A stretch of 63,152 bases of DNA, counting the filler, from Cercozoa sp. M6MM (taxonomy: Eukaryota; Protista; Endomyxa: Ascetosporea), in assembly GCA_040357565.1 (NCBI GenBank). It is 11 parts of 11 records of this genome, joined end to end, with 100 filler letters (N's around TTAATTAATTAA, not from the genome) between each part and the next. Parts side by side here need not be neighbours in the genome. Positions count along the whole stretch, not along the records: positions 37,711 to 42,199 come from JBDODJ010001127.1; positions 42,300 to 48,273 come from JBDODJ010000819.1; positions 48,374 to 56,082 come from JBDODJ010000601.1; 8 more parts are not named here. The stretch is one strand, 5' to 3'. The notes under the pieces were generated by a model. The model searched no databases and had not been told where the DNA came from. It worked only from the letters and a program-made list of their open reading frames with translations. Every line of letters begins with the position of its first letter. Positions within the stretch are counted from its first letter, which is position 1. The position numbers were made by a program, and so were the translations under genes. Positions 37,611 to 49,789 of this stretch are shown here, piece by piece.

Positions 37611-37750
37611 NNNNNNNNNNNNNNNNNNNNNNNNNNNNNNNNNNNNNNNNNNNNTTAATTAATTAANNNNNNNNNNNNNNNNNNNNNNNNNNNNNNNNNN
37701 NNNNNNNNNNGTGTGTGTGTGTGTGTGTGGGTGTGTGTGTGTGTGTGTGT

Positions 37751-37793
<43 letters not shown>

Positions 37794-37940
37794 GTGTGCA
37801 TGTGTGTGCGTTTAGTACTGCTGCATGGGAGTTTATGATCACCAATGACGCTCAATCGACCGTGATTGTACAGTGACTTGCGAGACAATTCAAATTTTCT
37901 TGGTCTTTCGGGCTATATCGCTCCATCCACTTCGTGCAGG

Positions 37941-40900
37941 ACGTCCCGAAAGTTATCGAGTTTCTGGCCGACAGCACGAACACAGGTTTGTCGACGCTAA
38001 TGTCGAGAACTTATCGATTCTGTGCGCAGTGTGTGTGTATGTGTGTATGTGTGTGTGTGTGTCCAGATCAAACGGCTATCATTTGCGCGATTTCTCCGAG
38101 CAACTTTATTCTACTGCTGGGGGCGCTTCCTTCCAATGCAGCGGCCAGACGAAATGTTTTCAGTTCTCAGCTTCTTGTACCGGCGTAGTTCTTCCGCTAG
38201 TAAGAATACCGTAAATTTACTTGCAAAATACCACTAAAACTTGGGTTTCGCAGAGTGACGTCGGTGCTCATGCTTGAGCCGAGTTTCGGAGGTCAACTGA
38301 TCCGAGACAAAGTGTACACAAGCGAAGAACTGTACAGCATTATCACAGTTAGCTACTCTCCAGGTATGATGATCGATGAAATGGCATGTCCTGTACGATT
38401 CGACACTGACTAATATTGTAAAAATAGAAACAGCAAACGGGACAAGGGTTTACGATCACTTCGCACAGGACGGTACCTGCCCTGAAAAACAGTGCTGTGG
38501 TCCTTTTAACTCGGCTGTTGAGTGCTTCAGCTGCGCTTGCCGGATTACCTGCGCTCCAGTTCGCGTTTGACGTGGTAAAACTCGAGCCTAAGTAACTTTG
38601 ACACTGAGCTTTCCAACTTTCACAATTATGAAAGTGGCTTGCCGCTCACTTCCTCCGCATACTGGTGACTCGGCTGGACGACACGGCGAATTCTACAGTG
38701 CCGACGCGGCAGGATCTTTTGGACGCTATTTGTAAGTTTAAGTGTTGTGTTCTTTCGTGTCGGAGCAAATTTACTGGTGTGGTTTCGTGACCAAATAACT
38801 CAAAACTTAGACCAGAGTGGCGTTGTGCAAATCGATGACTTTCGACTCGGTCCCTTCGGAGATGGCAGCTGCAATAACGAACTTGCAGGTTGTAAGTGCA
38901 ATCAAGGTGAGTATACACGATGCCAGGAGACTTTTCGCAACAAGCTTGATAAATTGACTCTTGGCAGGAATACGAAAGCTCTGGTTCCAAGTGCCCGCTA
39001 CGTTCGAAGTAAATGGTGTGACATATGGCAAGTGGCTGCAAAACGAAGGTCCAGTTCTCTACCCACGTTTTTCCTTTCTCACCTTGTTAAATTGACGTGG
39101 CCGAGTTCAGACTGGACGTTCGGTTGGGCAACATGCGGTGTTCGCACGCCAACCTGTCCTCCCGGGTCGGAACCCAGAGGTTCGATAAATACAGACAGTA
39201 TATATGGATAGAATACCAGGGTTTGCTCAACCACAGGTCGAGGCTGCGCGCTGTGTCCCCTCAACACGGTGTCTGCCGAAATGTCGCAGGATCTGTGTCA
39301 GCCATGTTCCTCTCCGGAGGATGAAGTGGCTTTTGATGCCGAAGGCATCCCATTGGAAACCTTCTCGGACGAAATCGGAGCCACAGAGTGCAAGCACTGC
39401 TCCGAACACGAGTACCCGCAGCCCCTGTGCGTAAATCCATTTTCACTCGACAAGTCAAAGGTTCGCGCGATGCGAACGCTGTCCATCGTCGCCATGTCGA
39501 TCGTCGCTATTTCCTCGGTGCTGATTCTGTTACTCAAGTCGAACCGACAAGTGTAAGCTGCCTACTGATTATACACTGTATAGGTTTTTCTCTACGCAGG
39601 CAACGTGTTCTCCTAGGTTCTCAGCGCAGCCCTACCTGCTGCACCTGTCAAACGTTGGCTTGTTCCTCATGGGCATGTACGGCGTTCTCAACGCCGACTC
39701 TGGGAACTGCGCAGCTGCCGGCAGTGTGGTACTCTTGAGTTAACTTTCAACTGACAGTTAAAGTCACTGGACTAACTTATAAAGCGTAACTGTTTTCGAC
39801 GACTGTGAGATGAAATGTAGGCTGCAGTAGGCCTCAGTCTCTTTGTTGCGTGTGCTTGCGCGAAGCTCTACCAACTTGGTACGGACCTGCCTTGCAGTCA
39901 GTCGGTCAGTGTGTCGCACTGGGTACACTGCCTCAACAGACAAGATTTACAACACAAGGCGACTGAAGAAGGTGAAACTAACTCCGGCCAAACTAGTCTT
40001 GTTCGCACTGAGCTGGGGGGTGTTCACCACGATCTACGTCGGTGCCATTGCCGGAGGACTGCGCTTCAAGTTTCAGTCCGACTTTACGTTCAAATGCATC
40101 GGCGTCAACCACGACCTGGAGCTACCGACCGTTCTGGTAAAAGAGGAGCACTAAGCCTGCGCACAGGGCATCCAAATGGTACCAGCGATGCTAGCTGGCA
40201 TTGTCACTCTTTGGCTCGCCATTCGTTGTCGCAAAGGTACATCTTTCTCCAGTATGAGTAACTTCAAGTAAAAGAAAACTAATCACTTGGACATGGGGCA
40301 ACGATGCAGTGCCGCCAAGGTTCAACGTGTCCAAGACACTGGGTCTCGCAGCCTTCCTGTCGCTGTTGTCAACACCGATCGCATTGGTGCTAGAGGTGGC
40401 CGTGTTGCAACATGTGACGATGGAGACACGAATGGGCACCTTTGAAGTAGACGACTCCGAGAGGTGGGACCAAGTGCGGCAGGCGCTCAGCTGGGTCATT
40501 GGCCTGTCGGCTATTGTGCTGAACTTCTTGATGGTACCGTATCCCTGAAATCAATTCAGTCACTCCAGATCTTTCACGTTTAACTAAGCAGACGTTAATC
40601 ATCTGTCTACGAGTCATCGTGTAAGACAAAATGCTTCAGTTGACACTGTATCTATCTTGCGATTTGTATGCGCAAATTTACTGTTTCAGCAACGCGCTGG
40701 GGTCGAAAGGATCGCTGGCAGGCACATCGATAATCTCGGCCTACAGCTCGACCGAAACCGGCTCGCGTTTGTCCTCGTCGATTGAGCCAGATGCTGCAGC
40801 TGCCGCTGTCTCAGTTAGGGTCAAAGCCAAGGGACCGCACGTGCACGCCAAGATCACGTCGAAAGAGGATCCCGCCGGCAAACTGAAAAAGGTCGAACGA

Positions 40901-41187
40901 ATGCTCGAGAGAAAAAGCGAAGAATCCGAGTCGACGCGCAAGCGTAAACAGTGAACAATGATGCAGAAGTGTGAGACCTGTGGTATGTAGCGGTATTGTG
41001 CAGGAGTGGAACGCTTGGTGGAGCGACTGAACGAGGTGGCAGCAGAACTCAGAGGCATTGACAACGTAGGTTTCGCCTTGGGACTGCAGTACTGTACAGT
41101 ACCAATGAAGACAAATTTTGCTCGCTTGTGCAGACGATTATCGCCTTGGAGACAGAGCGAGAGTACTTGAAAACACTCATCAAATAA
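37941..41187 (+). CDS. Class C (GABA-B-like, 7tm_3) GPCR with type-1 periplasmic-binding (Venus flytrap) ectodomain and Cys-rich repeat; 5' end missing
   Basis: Ectodomain ...TRQDLLDAIY..IDDFRLGPFG..CKCNQG; Cys repeat CALCPLNT..CQPC; TM region RQVFSAQPYLLHL, AKLYQLDKIYNTRRLKKVKL, RKVPPRFNVSK; C-terminal coiled coil; TAA. Confidence 0.82.
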
Positions 41188-41462
41188 CAACGTTCAACTG
41201 TGAACAGCGAACCGATGAAACTATCTGTCTCAACGCAAGTCCTGCGACAAGACTGTAAATTAAAAGTTGCGGTTACTCGTACTGTCCGTGTAAAATTCCG
41301 TCAGTTTACGCGGCAGAACGGAAGAGTCGGGTTCGCCGTGGTACAGTAACTAAGTGCAACGCTCAAACACTGTAGAGTAATGCTGGAACGGAACGCGACG
41401 TAAGTGCAGGACAACACACGACAGCATGAACGAACGTAAACGAAAGAGACTGACTGACTCGA

Positions 41463-41915
41463 CTAATCGTCGCAGTGGAAAAGTCGGAGCGGTGCGTTGG
41501 CGGCCTCGGCCAGCAGCAGCAGCAGTCGCTGCAGGTCGTCGTCGCGCATGAGCATGCGTTCCTGCAGCAACTCCAGGTGCTCCTCCTGCAGCGCTGTCAG
41601 CAGGGGTAGAGGGGGGGGGGGGGGGGGAAAAGCGGCAGGGGTAAAGGGGCAGGGGGTAAGTGGAGCAAGTACCCCGCAAGAAGGCGCGCGCACGCAAGCG
41701 AACTCTGACGATGCCACTGCTGCTGTCGAACTCTGGCGACGTCGGTTCTTTTATCTCGCCTGACGGGAGGAGGTAAGGGGAGGGTAGGGGGTGAAAGGAG
41801 GGGGGGGGGGTAAAACTCACTCTCCAAGTCCACGCGACGTTGTTGCGTGCCGAACAGTGCGTGAACGTTCTGCGTCGTCTGCGTGTGCGCCTTGCGTACC
41901 AGTTGCGAGTCCATC
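41463..41915 (-). CDS. Hypothetical protein, 3' part
   Basis: Three GT-AG exons, the last ending ALQEEHLELLQERMLMRDDDLQRLLLLLAEAANAPLRLFHCDD-TAG. Confidence 0.5.
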
Positions 41916-41916
41916 T

Positions 41917-42199
41917 GGGGGGGGAGTAAACAGGGGGGTTAACAGGGAGGTAAAATGGGGAGTAAATAGGGAAGTAAACAGGGGTAAATAGGGGAGTAAA
42001 CAGGGGGTAAATAGGGAGGTAAAATGGGTAGTAAATAGGGGAGTAAATAGGGCAGTAAATACAAGGTAAACAAGGAGGAAAAATGGAGGTAAACAGGGGA
42101 GTAAATAAGTGGTAAAGGGAAGTAAATAGGGAAGTAAATAGGGAAGTAGAAGAGTAAATAGGAAAGTAAATGGAGCGTAAACAGGGTAAGGGGGGGGGG
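41917..42199. repeat. About 12-bp minisatellite (GTAAAYAGGRRR)n; related arrays at 8771-8823, 21090-21157 and 55998-56082
   Basis: Units such as GTAAACAGGGGG, GTAAATAGGGGA, GTAAATAGGGAA and GTAAACAGGAGG. Confidence 0.9.
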
Positions 42200-42321
42200 N
42201 NNNNNNNNNNNNNNNNNNNNNNNNNNNNNNNNNNNNNNNNNNNTTAATTAATTAANNNNNNNNNNNNNNNNNNNNNNNNNNNNNNNNNNNNNNNNNNNNC
42301 CCTTTACCATCCCCTTGGACA

Positions 42322-43406
42322 GAGGAAGCGGTCTGCTCGAGTGGTGTGCCAAGCGACCGGTACAGTGGTTTATTTCTGGGGGGAGAAGAGGAGGTACTAA
42401 GCGCACTCGCAGCGACAAGCGCGCGACATTTTAGACCCTCCGGGTCAATTGTGGCGCAATGGTTTCCGCGAGTGGCTCGAGTTGTCCAAGCAGTCGAAAC
42501 AACAGCAACAACAACAGCACCAGAAACAACAACAGCAACAACAACAACTTCAGCAACGTTTCGAGGATCTGTTTCGGCGCATCTGCGCCGCCGTGCCGCT
42601 GCGACTCGCCGACTGGTTCCTCGCTCGCTTCGGTGCTGAGGTAGGGGGCTAACGAGGGGGTTAACGACTGGGGGGGGGGTAAAGCTGTGGCGGCTCCAGC
42701 TGTGGGGCTCAAGCTGTGGGGTATGGGGTAAGGGGAGGTAAGAGGGGGTAAAACTCCGAGACCCATTGTAGGCACGGCAGTGGTACGCGGCACGACAACG
42801 GTACGCGCGGAGTCTGGCCGCGTGGAGTGTCGTGGGCTACGTGATCGGACTAGGTGACCGGCACTGCGAGAACATCCTGTTCGACGTGGAGACAGGCGAG
42901 GTGCTGCACATCGACTACGACAGTCTGTTCGACGTGGCACGTGGTCTGCAGGTGCCCGAGACCATGCCGTTCCGACTCACGCGCAACTTTGTGGCCGCCT
43001 TGGTATACCCATCTACCCTACCCTTTACCCCTACACCCTATCCCCTACCCACTACCCCTTACTTACCCCGCAGGGAGTGTGCGACACGCCAGTGCAGCAG
43101 CGGCCGGGCCGTGTGTTCGGCACCTTCCGCAACGTGTGCATCCAAGTGCTGTCGCTACTGCGCGAGCGACGTGACACACTGACGCACGTGCTGCAGGTAC
43201 CACGTGCTTTTATTTAAAGGAGCGACTGCCACTGGACCTGTACTGCCTCAACTGAGTTTCTCTGAGCTCAGAGCTTTGCACACGACCCACTACTCGACTG
43301 GCGCAAGCACGAGCACCGCGTAGGCTTTCTCTGACTGGGGGGAGGGGTAGGGGGTAAAGAGGGTAGGGGGTAAAATGGGGGAAAGGAAGTCAAGAGGGGG
43401 GATAAA

Positions 43407-43440
<34 letters not shown>

Positions 43441-43724
43441 CCAGACTGGCGGCGTGGAACGCGAGGCGCGCGAGGTCTTGTCCCGCGTGGCGTGCCGCCT
43501 CGAGGGACGCGTCGCGTGTCGCCATGGCTCGCGCTTCGTGATCGAGAAACCGGCCGGCGCGCCGCTTAGTGTCGAAGGTATCTTTTGCACCTGCATACAC
43601 TGTGCCCATACCTACGACTGTCCTTGGATGCGCCAACACAGGCCACGTCGACCTCCTGATTCGCAATGCCACCGACGAGGCACTCCTGGCCACAATGTAC
43701 TACGGCTGGATGCCCTTCTTGTAG
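42322..43724 (+). CDS. ATR: PIKK kinase ATR/Mec1, catalytic domain plus FATC (3' part)
   Basis: GLLEW...WYAARQRYARSLAAWSVVGYVIGLGDRHCENILFD..HIDYDSLF..VPETMPFRLTRN...FAHDPLLDW...PLSVEGHVDLLIRNATDEALLATMYYGWMPFL-TAG. Confidence 0.9.
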
Positions 43725-44182
43725 ATACGACGATCTTTTAGCTGTTCAAGTCACTGAACATGGCAACAAGTTATCTGTTAACACCTTGCTCGGAGCGCCG
43801 GCCCAGTCTTTTTGGCATTTCCTCGCGCTGTGGTGGCGTAAACTTCAGTTTGCGACTGCTACGTGCAGCAGCAATTTATCTGCAGTGGCTTTAAAAGAGC
43901 AAAAGACTCTGTAGAGGGTAATTTCGGCAGAACTGCTGGTGCTGCCCGTTTCTAACGGTGATTGATTGATCCCAACAATTGACCCAAGACCGTTTGACCA
44001 CTTGTGCAAACTTGCCTAATCTGTCTGTTTTATCGTTTTTAGAGATCTCTCGCGTTTGACCTGGCAGTGTTAGCCTTTTGACGCAGCGAAACCGAGTTTG
44101 TGGTGAGCCCGGTTTTGTAGTTTCGATTTGTCGTTTTCGCGATTCGGGGGCTTTTGTGCAGCTGGCCTTCCGCCGCTCGGTG

Positions 44183-46951
44183 ATGCAATCCACGCGTTCT
44201 CCGACGTGTTACGGTCCTGCACGACGCGTGCCTCATATTGAAATGGAGGACGGTCCGTTTCGTCCGCGTGCAAAGGCGACTCGGCCGCGCTCTCGCAACA
44301 GCTCAAGCTCGACCTCGATCACAACGACGCAGTCGACCTCGATCGAGCCTCGGTGGTCTGACACGGAGTCGCATGCGAGTCTGTTTACTGCAAGTGACGG
44401 TGTCGGCGAGATAGGAGCGCTTCTGCTGCCCGAACTAGAGCACACTCGGCAGCACCCTGACCGAAGTGATCCACAGCCAGCAGTGCTCAGTTCTCGCGAT
44501 CGGTCTCTGAAAAGCGAGGGCAGTTGCAAGTGGCAAGATCGCGACGCGGATCGAAGCCCGCTACGCAAGCGTGCGCGCTCAAGCTTCGAGACGCCGTTAG
44601 CAGGCTTCCAGTCGGCTGGTGCTGCCACGGAAAACGAGGGCAGTGCCACTAACCGAAGGAGTGGCAGGAGTGAGCTGTCGTTTCCGCCATTACTGAAGAC
44701 AGAGGCCGAAGTTGAGACCACTTCGTTGGCGTCGACGTCGTTTCGGCCGCGCACAGACCCTCGGCCACGCTGCGCTGCGCGCAGGTCACCAGCACGCACA
44801 CGGCACCTGCGTCGAACGCCAGGCGACGCGAGCGACCGCTTCGTGACGGTGTCGCTGTGCAATGCCAGGGATAACTGCATCATGGAGGACCGCTACGACG
44901 CCGGCTGTGAGAGGGCAGACGCGGCTTTTGGCGACTTGGCCTCCCTGTCGCCAAAGCTTCTGTCGGATCCTGAGGACGAGGGTGAGGAGAACGACGAGAA
45001 CGTCGAACTGCGCGTGTTCGACGCCATGCTGCACGCCGAGGTCCTCGATGCGCCCATCTCTGACACTGCCGAGGTGGTCGACGCCCTGCAACGCGAGCAG
45101 GACACGTCGTTTATCTCGCTGCGATCGGCGCTTCGGCGTGCCGGCAGCGACTCGAATTCTATCAGTTCCAGCAGCACCGACAGTTCTGACAGTCGGCAGC
45201 AGCGAGGCATGCTGCTGCCGGTCTTTCCTCCACTGCCCGAGGACGCCGAAATAACGGCTTCTCTCTCGCAACAACGCAAGCACTCGAGGGCCTGGCAGAC
45301 TGTGTCTCACGCACCTCGAGTCTTCTCGTCGCCGGCTCGCACTCCGCGTATTTCCCTGGCCCTACTCAAGCTATCCTAAATACAATCTAGACCACTCTTG
45401 TTATTTGTTGGCAGAGACTGATGGGAAGTGTGGCCGTCGCCGCATGCGTTCTCGGACGCCAGGCGCCAGTAGGTGGAACAGCCTGTGCGGCAACTCGCTT
45501 AGTCTGACTCGCCGGCGTCTCTTCTCGGCAGTCGGCGTGCCCCGGCGTTTCTTGCCGTCCAAGCCGCGCAAGGTGTTGGACGCTCCACGCATGTCGGGTG
45601 ACTACTACCGTCAGTTGCTGCACTGGAGTTGCCGCGATCGTCTTGGCGTTGCACTCGGCAGCGAGGTTTTTTTGTGGCACGCGCCAACGCGAGCAGCCTC
45701 AAAGCTGTGCGACATCAATCAGCTTGACCTGGGCGGTCGGCGACGTCGCGAGGTAACTTCACTGCAGTTCGATCGCGACGGAACGCACTGTGCGATCGGA
45801 ACCAGGTCGGTTTACAGTCTGCGTTGCGTCTCTTTAGTTATTGTCTAAGACTGTGTGCCTGTGTTTGTGCGTGGAAGCAGCGATGGGCTGGTGGCACTCA
45901 TGGATGTGGAACGCAAGCAGCTCCTGCAGTGGCACCAGGCACACGACTACTCGCGTGTCGGCGCAATGCACTGGGTGCACGGCACGGGCACGCAGATGTC
46001 GCGCGGCGTGCTGGCCAGCGCAGGACGCGACAGTGCTATCGTTCTGCAGGACTGGCGTAGTGGGCCGAACCACCGGGTGGTGCAGACGCTGCGCTTCCAC
46101 TCGCAGGAGGTGTGTGGACTCGCCTGGTCGCCCGACGACTGCCAGCTCGCCAGCGGCAGCAACGACAACACTGTTGCTGTGTGGGACGCACGCGGAGTCC
46201 TCCCGCTGCCAGAGGTAAATTGACTGCGCTTACAGCACTACATAAACAGTGTCGAGGATGTCACGCTGTGCAGCTAGTGCTGCGTGAGCACGAGGGCGCA
46301 GTGAAGGCACTAGCCTGGGCACCTTGCGAGCCTCGGTTGCTGGCGACGGGAGGCGGCTCGGCGGACCGCTCGATTCGTTTCTGGAACACGAGCGCAGGGT
46401 CGCTGCGTCAGCGCGTGCACGTACCCGTGCACCAGCAGGTAGGCGCTCAGTTAGGACCCGCGACCTCGGTGTCGGTGACAGAGGCGCGCTCGCTGCGCGT
46501 GATTGACACAGGCGCGCAGGTGTGCAACCTGCTGTGGCCGGCGACGCGGGAGGGACGCGAGCTCATCTCGACACATGGCTTCTCGGATTTTTCGGTCACG
46601 GTGCGGCAGCTGCCGTCGGCGCGCCGACTGGCGGAACTGCGCGGGCACACGAACCGCGTGCTCTTCGCCGCGCTGTCGCCGGACGGCCGCTCGCTGGCAA
46701 CGGCGTCGTGTGATGAGACGCTACGCATCTGGTCGCTCGATGACGAGCACGTGCTGCACTCGTCATCGCCGTCGGCCCTTAAGGACGAGGACAGCGACGA
46801 GGAGGAGGACACGGCCAGTGCCGCTGCCAACGACGGCAACGAGGACGCACACGAGCAGAGGCAGCACTTCCCGGGAGATCCTTCGGCCTACCGGCGTGCC
46901 GAGCGACGCGCCGAATCCTTCCGCGCCAGTCTGCGCTCCAGCCTGCGTTGA
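44183..46951 (+). CDS. CDC20/Fizzy/CDH1-family APC/C activator (WD40)
   Basis: PSKPRKVLDAPRMSGDYYRQLLHWS, HSQEVCGLAWSPD..LASGSNDN, HEGAVKALAWAP..LLATGGGSADRSIRFWN, IDTGAQVCNLLW..ELISTHG, GHTNRVL..SPDG..DETLRIW, C-terminal SSLR. Confidence 0.93.
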
Positions 46952-47359
46952 CATCGGAATCGAATGGAACTAAGTGCTGGTATTTGCAATTGCCGTGGTT
47001 CGATTTCTACAGTAGCTCACGTACCTGCGTGACCGTGCCAGCTACGCCAGTACTCGATTCTCGCCCACTGTTGCAGGAGTTAGTTCGAGCTACTTAAAAC
47101 TCAACCTCGTAGCCCCAAGCGCACCGGGGTTCATTGCCCGTTTAAAGTGGGCCATCCAATCCCCTTTTTTATCAAGGTTGGCACACTCACAGGTATGTGT
47201 ACTACCGTACATAGAAGTAGCAATGCGTGCCTTCCCTGCTTAGCCAGCGCAGATATCCGTCAGGTGAGGTACACGCGACGACACAGCAAGTATTTTTAGA
47301 ACGTAATCAAATGAACGACAAGAACGATAGATTGCATTAAAAACATCGGCTCCGCACCA

Positions 47360-48203
47360 CTACAGGGACGCCTTGACTCGTCGGACCGGGGCGTCCACCT
47401 CGGGCAAGTAGGACGAAACCTCAGCGGGCGGCAAGTAGCTCTACACCCATCATTAACACGCTTAAAATACAACCCCACTCTCTATACTGTGGCATAGATA
47501 ATGGATTGCGAAAGCTGCACTACGCGCTGGCCCAGAGGCGGCAGACCGAGGTTTGGCGGGACGCCGTGGTGGCGCACGACGCCACCTCCGCGCTGGCCCT
47601 TCTGCCAACGGGGGAAGTAAAAGGGGCTAGGTAACGGGGGAGGGGTGGACTCACCAAGGTAGGGAGTGGGCCCGACAGCAGCGCCGGTGGCGTCGTCAAA
47701 AAGAAGCGCACTAGCTCAGGTGGCACATCGGACAGCGAGTCGTATTGATGATGCGGCACTGGGTCTATACACAAGGGGGTAAGAGAGCGGTAAGCAGGGG
47801 GGGGGGAGGGTAAAACACCAATGTCTTTCTCCAGCAGCAGTGCGCGAACTCCTTCGAAAAACTGCTCGCGCGAGAGCATTTTCGTGGCCACGCGAAACTG
47901 TGCAAACACACTACCTCTTTCTACGTATTACAACGTAGTACAGTAACCATATGGGCTAGTTATAATCCATAAAACAAAGGATACAAGATAGCCTTAAATA
48001 CGTAATACCCAAAGTACCGCATAGCCATAGACATACAGCAGTATACCTCAAGATCCAACACGTCCATGAGCGACAGCACGCGTCTCTTGTCGCGAATCAT
48101 ACATTGCATGGCAAAGGCGCACTCCTGCGCCAGCGGGTCCCGGTTCATCAACTCGCTGCACGCCTGTCTGGCCTCTTCCTGCAGGTGAGCCGGCACACTT
48201 CCT
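47360..48203 (-). CDS. 3-hydroxyisobutyryl-CoA hydrolase-like (ECH_2 family), 3' part
   Basis: LSLMDVLDLEFRVATKMLSREQFFEGVRALLLEKD..P....SLSDVPPELVRFFL matches the HIBCH C-terminal EGVRA.L.DKD block. Confidence 0.75.
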
Positions 48204-48373
48204 GTTGGGGATAGAACATCACACATGCACATCAGCATAAATACCTAGATATATATATATATATATATATATANNNNNNNNNNNNNNNNNNNNNNNNNNN
48301 NNNNNNNNNNNNNNNNNTTAATTAATTAANNNNNNNNNNNNNNNNNNNNNNNNNNNNNNNNNNNNNNNNNNNN

Positions 48374-48451
<78 letters not shown>

Positions 48452-48452
48452 A

Positions 48453-49789
48453 CCTCTGCTCCTTGTTAATCACGTCGTACAGTAAGGTTTTCCATCCCTC
48501 GTATCCTAAATTGACTGGAATTAGCGTAAAAGTGAGGTTGTAGCGGTAAGCGAGCTGCGTGAACCAGTTCTACGCTGGTCATATGGTGGAGAAAATTAAA
48601 AATCCAACAAAAGCCGCATCCAACGACCAATTTTATCACGAAACTACCTCCCAAGTCACGGAGTCACTCACAATCGGAATACAGTTGTAGCTGCTTGGAT
48701 TTGTAGTGTTCAGACTTGTTTCGTTCAACTCGCAGGCAGGAGAAAACCTGAAAACAATCGCGGTGATCAAAGCGCAGTGTGCAAGACAGGGTGCAAAAAC
48801 ACACCACTTCCCGCCAACACAACCGATATCTTCTGTGCATAGCGTAGGGTCTCCTTCAAAAATTGAATCTGATTCAAACAGACTAGACAGGTTTCGATGC
48901 ATGATGTAGCTTCGGTAGTTTTCTGCATTTGGTGATTTAAAAAAATGATATCTTAAACTTATTTTTTATGGGCCAGAACTGAAAGTGATTTACAAAAGCT
49001 GCACCTAGAAACAGCTCCGGGTACGTCTTCCCGAGAATAGATGGGTAATAAAGGCCATTGGCGCCAAGATACTCCTATATTAATAACCACTGCATTTAAG
49101 TTTAAAACTCTAAAACATTTAGGTACCAGACTGCTGATCTCCAATTCTCCCAAATCGTATACATACTCGGCAACCTTCCCCGGATTGTCTTGTCTATTTT
49201 TTACATTTGAAACACATTGCGATGAACGCACCTGGGACAACATCTTCAGGCAGACTTTTTGCTTAAATTTGTATTTTGACGCTCTCACCTCCAAACCTCG
49301 ACGTCAATATCATAGAGCCTACGACAGCATACAGCTGATTGTACTCCAAAAGTAATGTATTCAAGCTTATACTAATTCTGCAACCCTTCTGCGATATATC
49401 GAAACGTGCCGTTCGGATAACTTCGAACTGTGAACACATTTTCAATAATCCCTGTTTCAAACGTTTTTGTTTTACCGTCGCCAAGAACCTTCACGGCATT
49501 GAACCCTAAAGTTCATGCCACAGCGTGCACCTAAAAAGATACCCCGGCCCAGGGAAGGGGGGGGGGGGTATTTTGAAATTGACTCGTTACCCAGTGCTTC
49601 TTTCAGAATGGTCTTCGCTACTTCTGTGCTAATCAGTTGCGAAAGCCAAAATGCTGTTCGCCCCAAGCGCAGTTCGATGCGTTTGTTCACTGGAAAAAGT
49701 GATTTCCGGACAAGTGACTTGGGTATGCACGTTTCGTTGCCAGCTCGAACGAAGATGACGGTAAGGCATGCCCACAGGATATTATGCAT
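48453..49789 (-). CDS. Secreted or receptor protein with OpuAC/ProX-like (type-2 periplasmic-binding) domain, 5' part
   Basis: Signal peptide MHNILWACLTVIFVRA; WLSQLISTEVAKTILKEALGFNAV; DIDVEVW; YLGANGLYYPSILGKTYPEL; Cys-containing insert. Confidence 0.65.

Noticed and set aside
41917-42199. G-rich arrays at contig ends as telomeres of gene-sized chromosomes
   Set aside because: At 8823 and 21157 the C-rich strand runs to the right end, which is the wrong polarity. The arrays interrupt genes mid-CDS, so they are intronic.
42322-46951. ATR next to CDC20 as a checkpoint gene cluster
   Set aside because: A single adjacency in a compact genome, with no conservation evidence.
47360-47371. C-terminal ASL of the HIBCH-like protein as a PTS1
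   Set aside because: It is a weak variant, and the last-exon assignment is uncertain.
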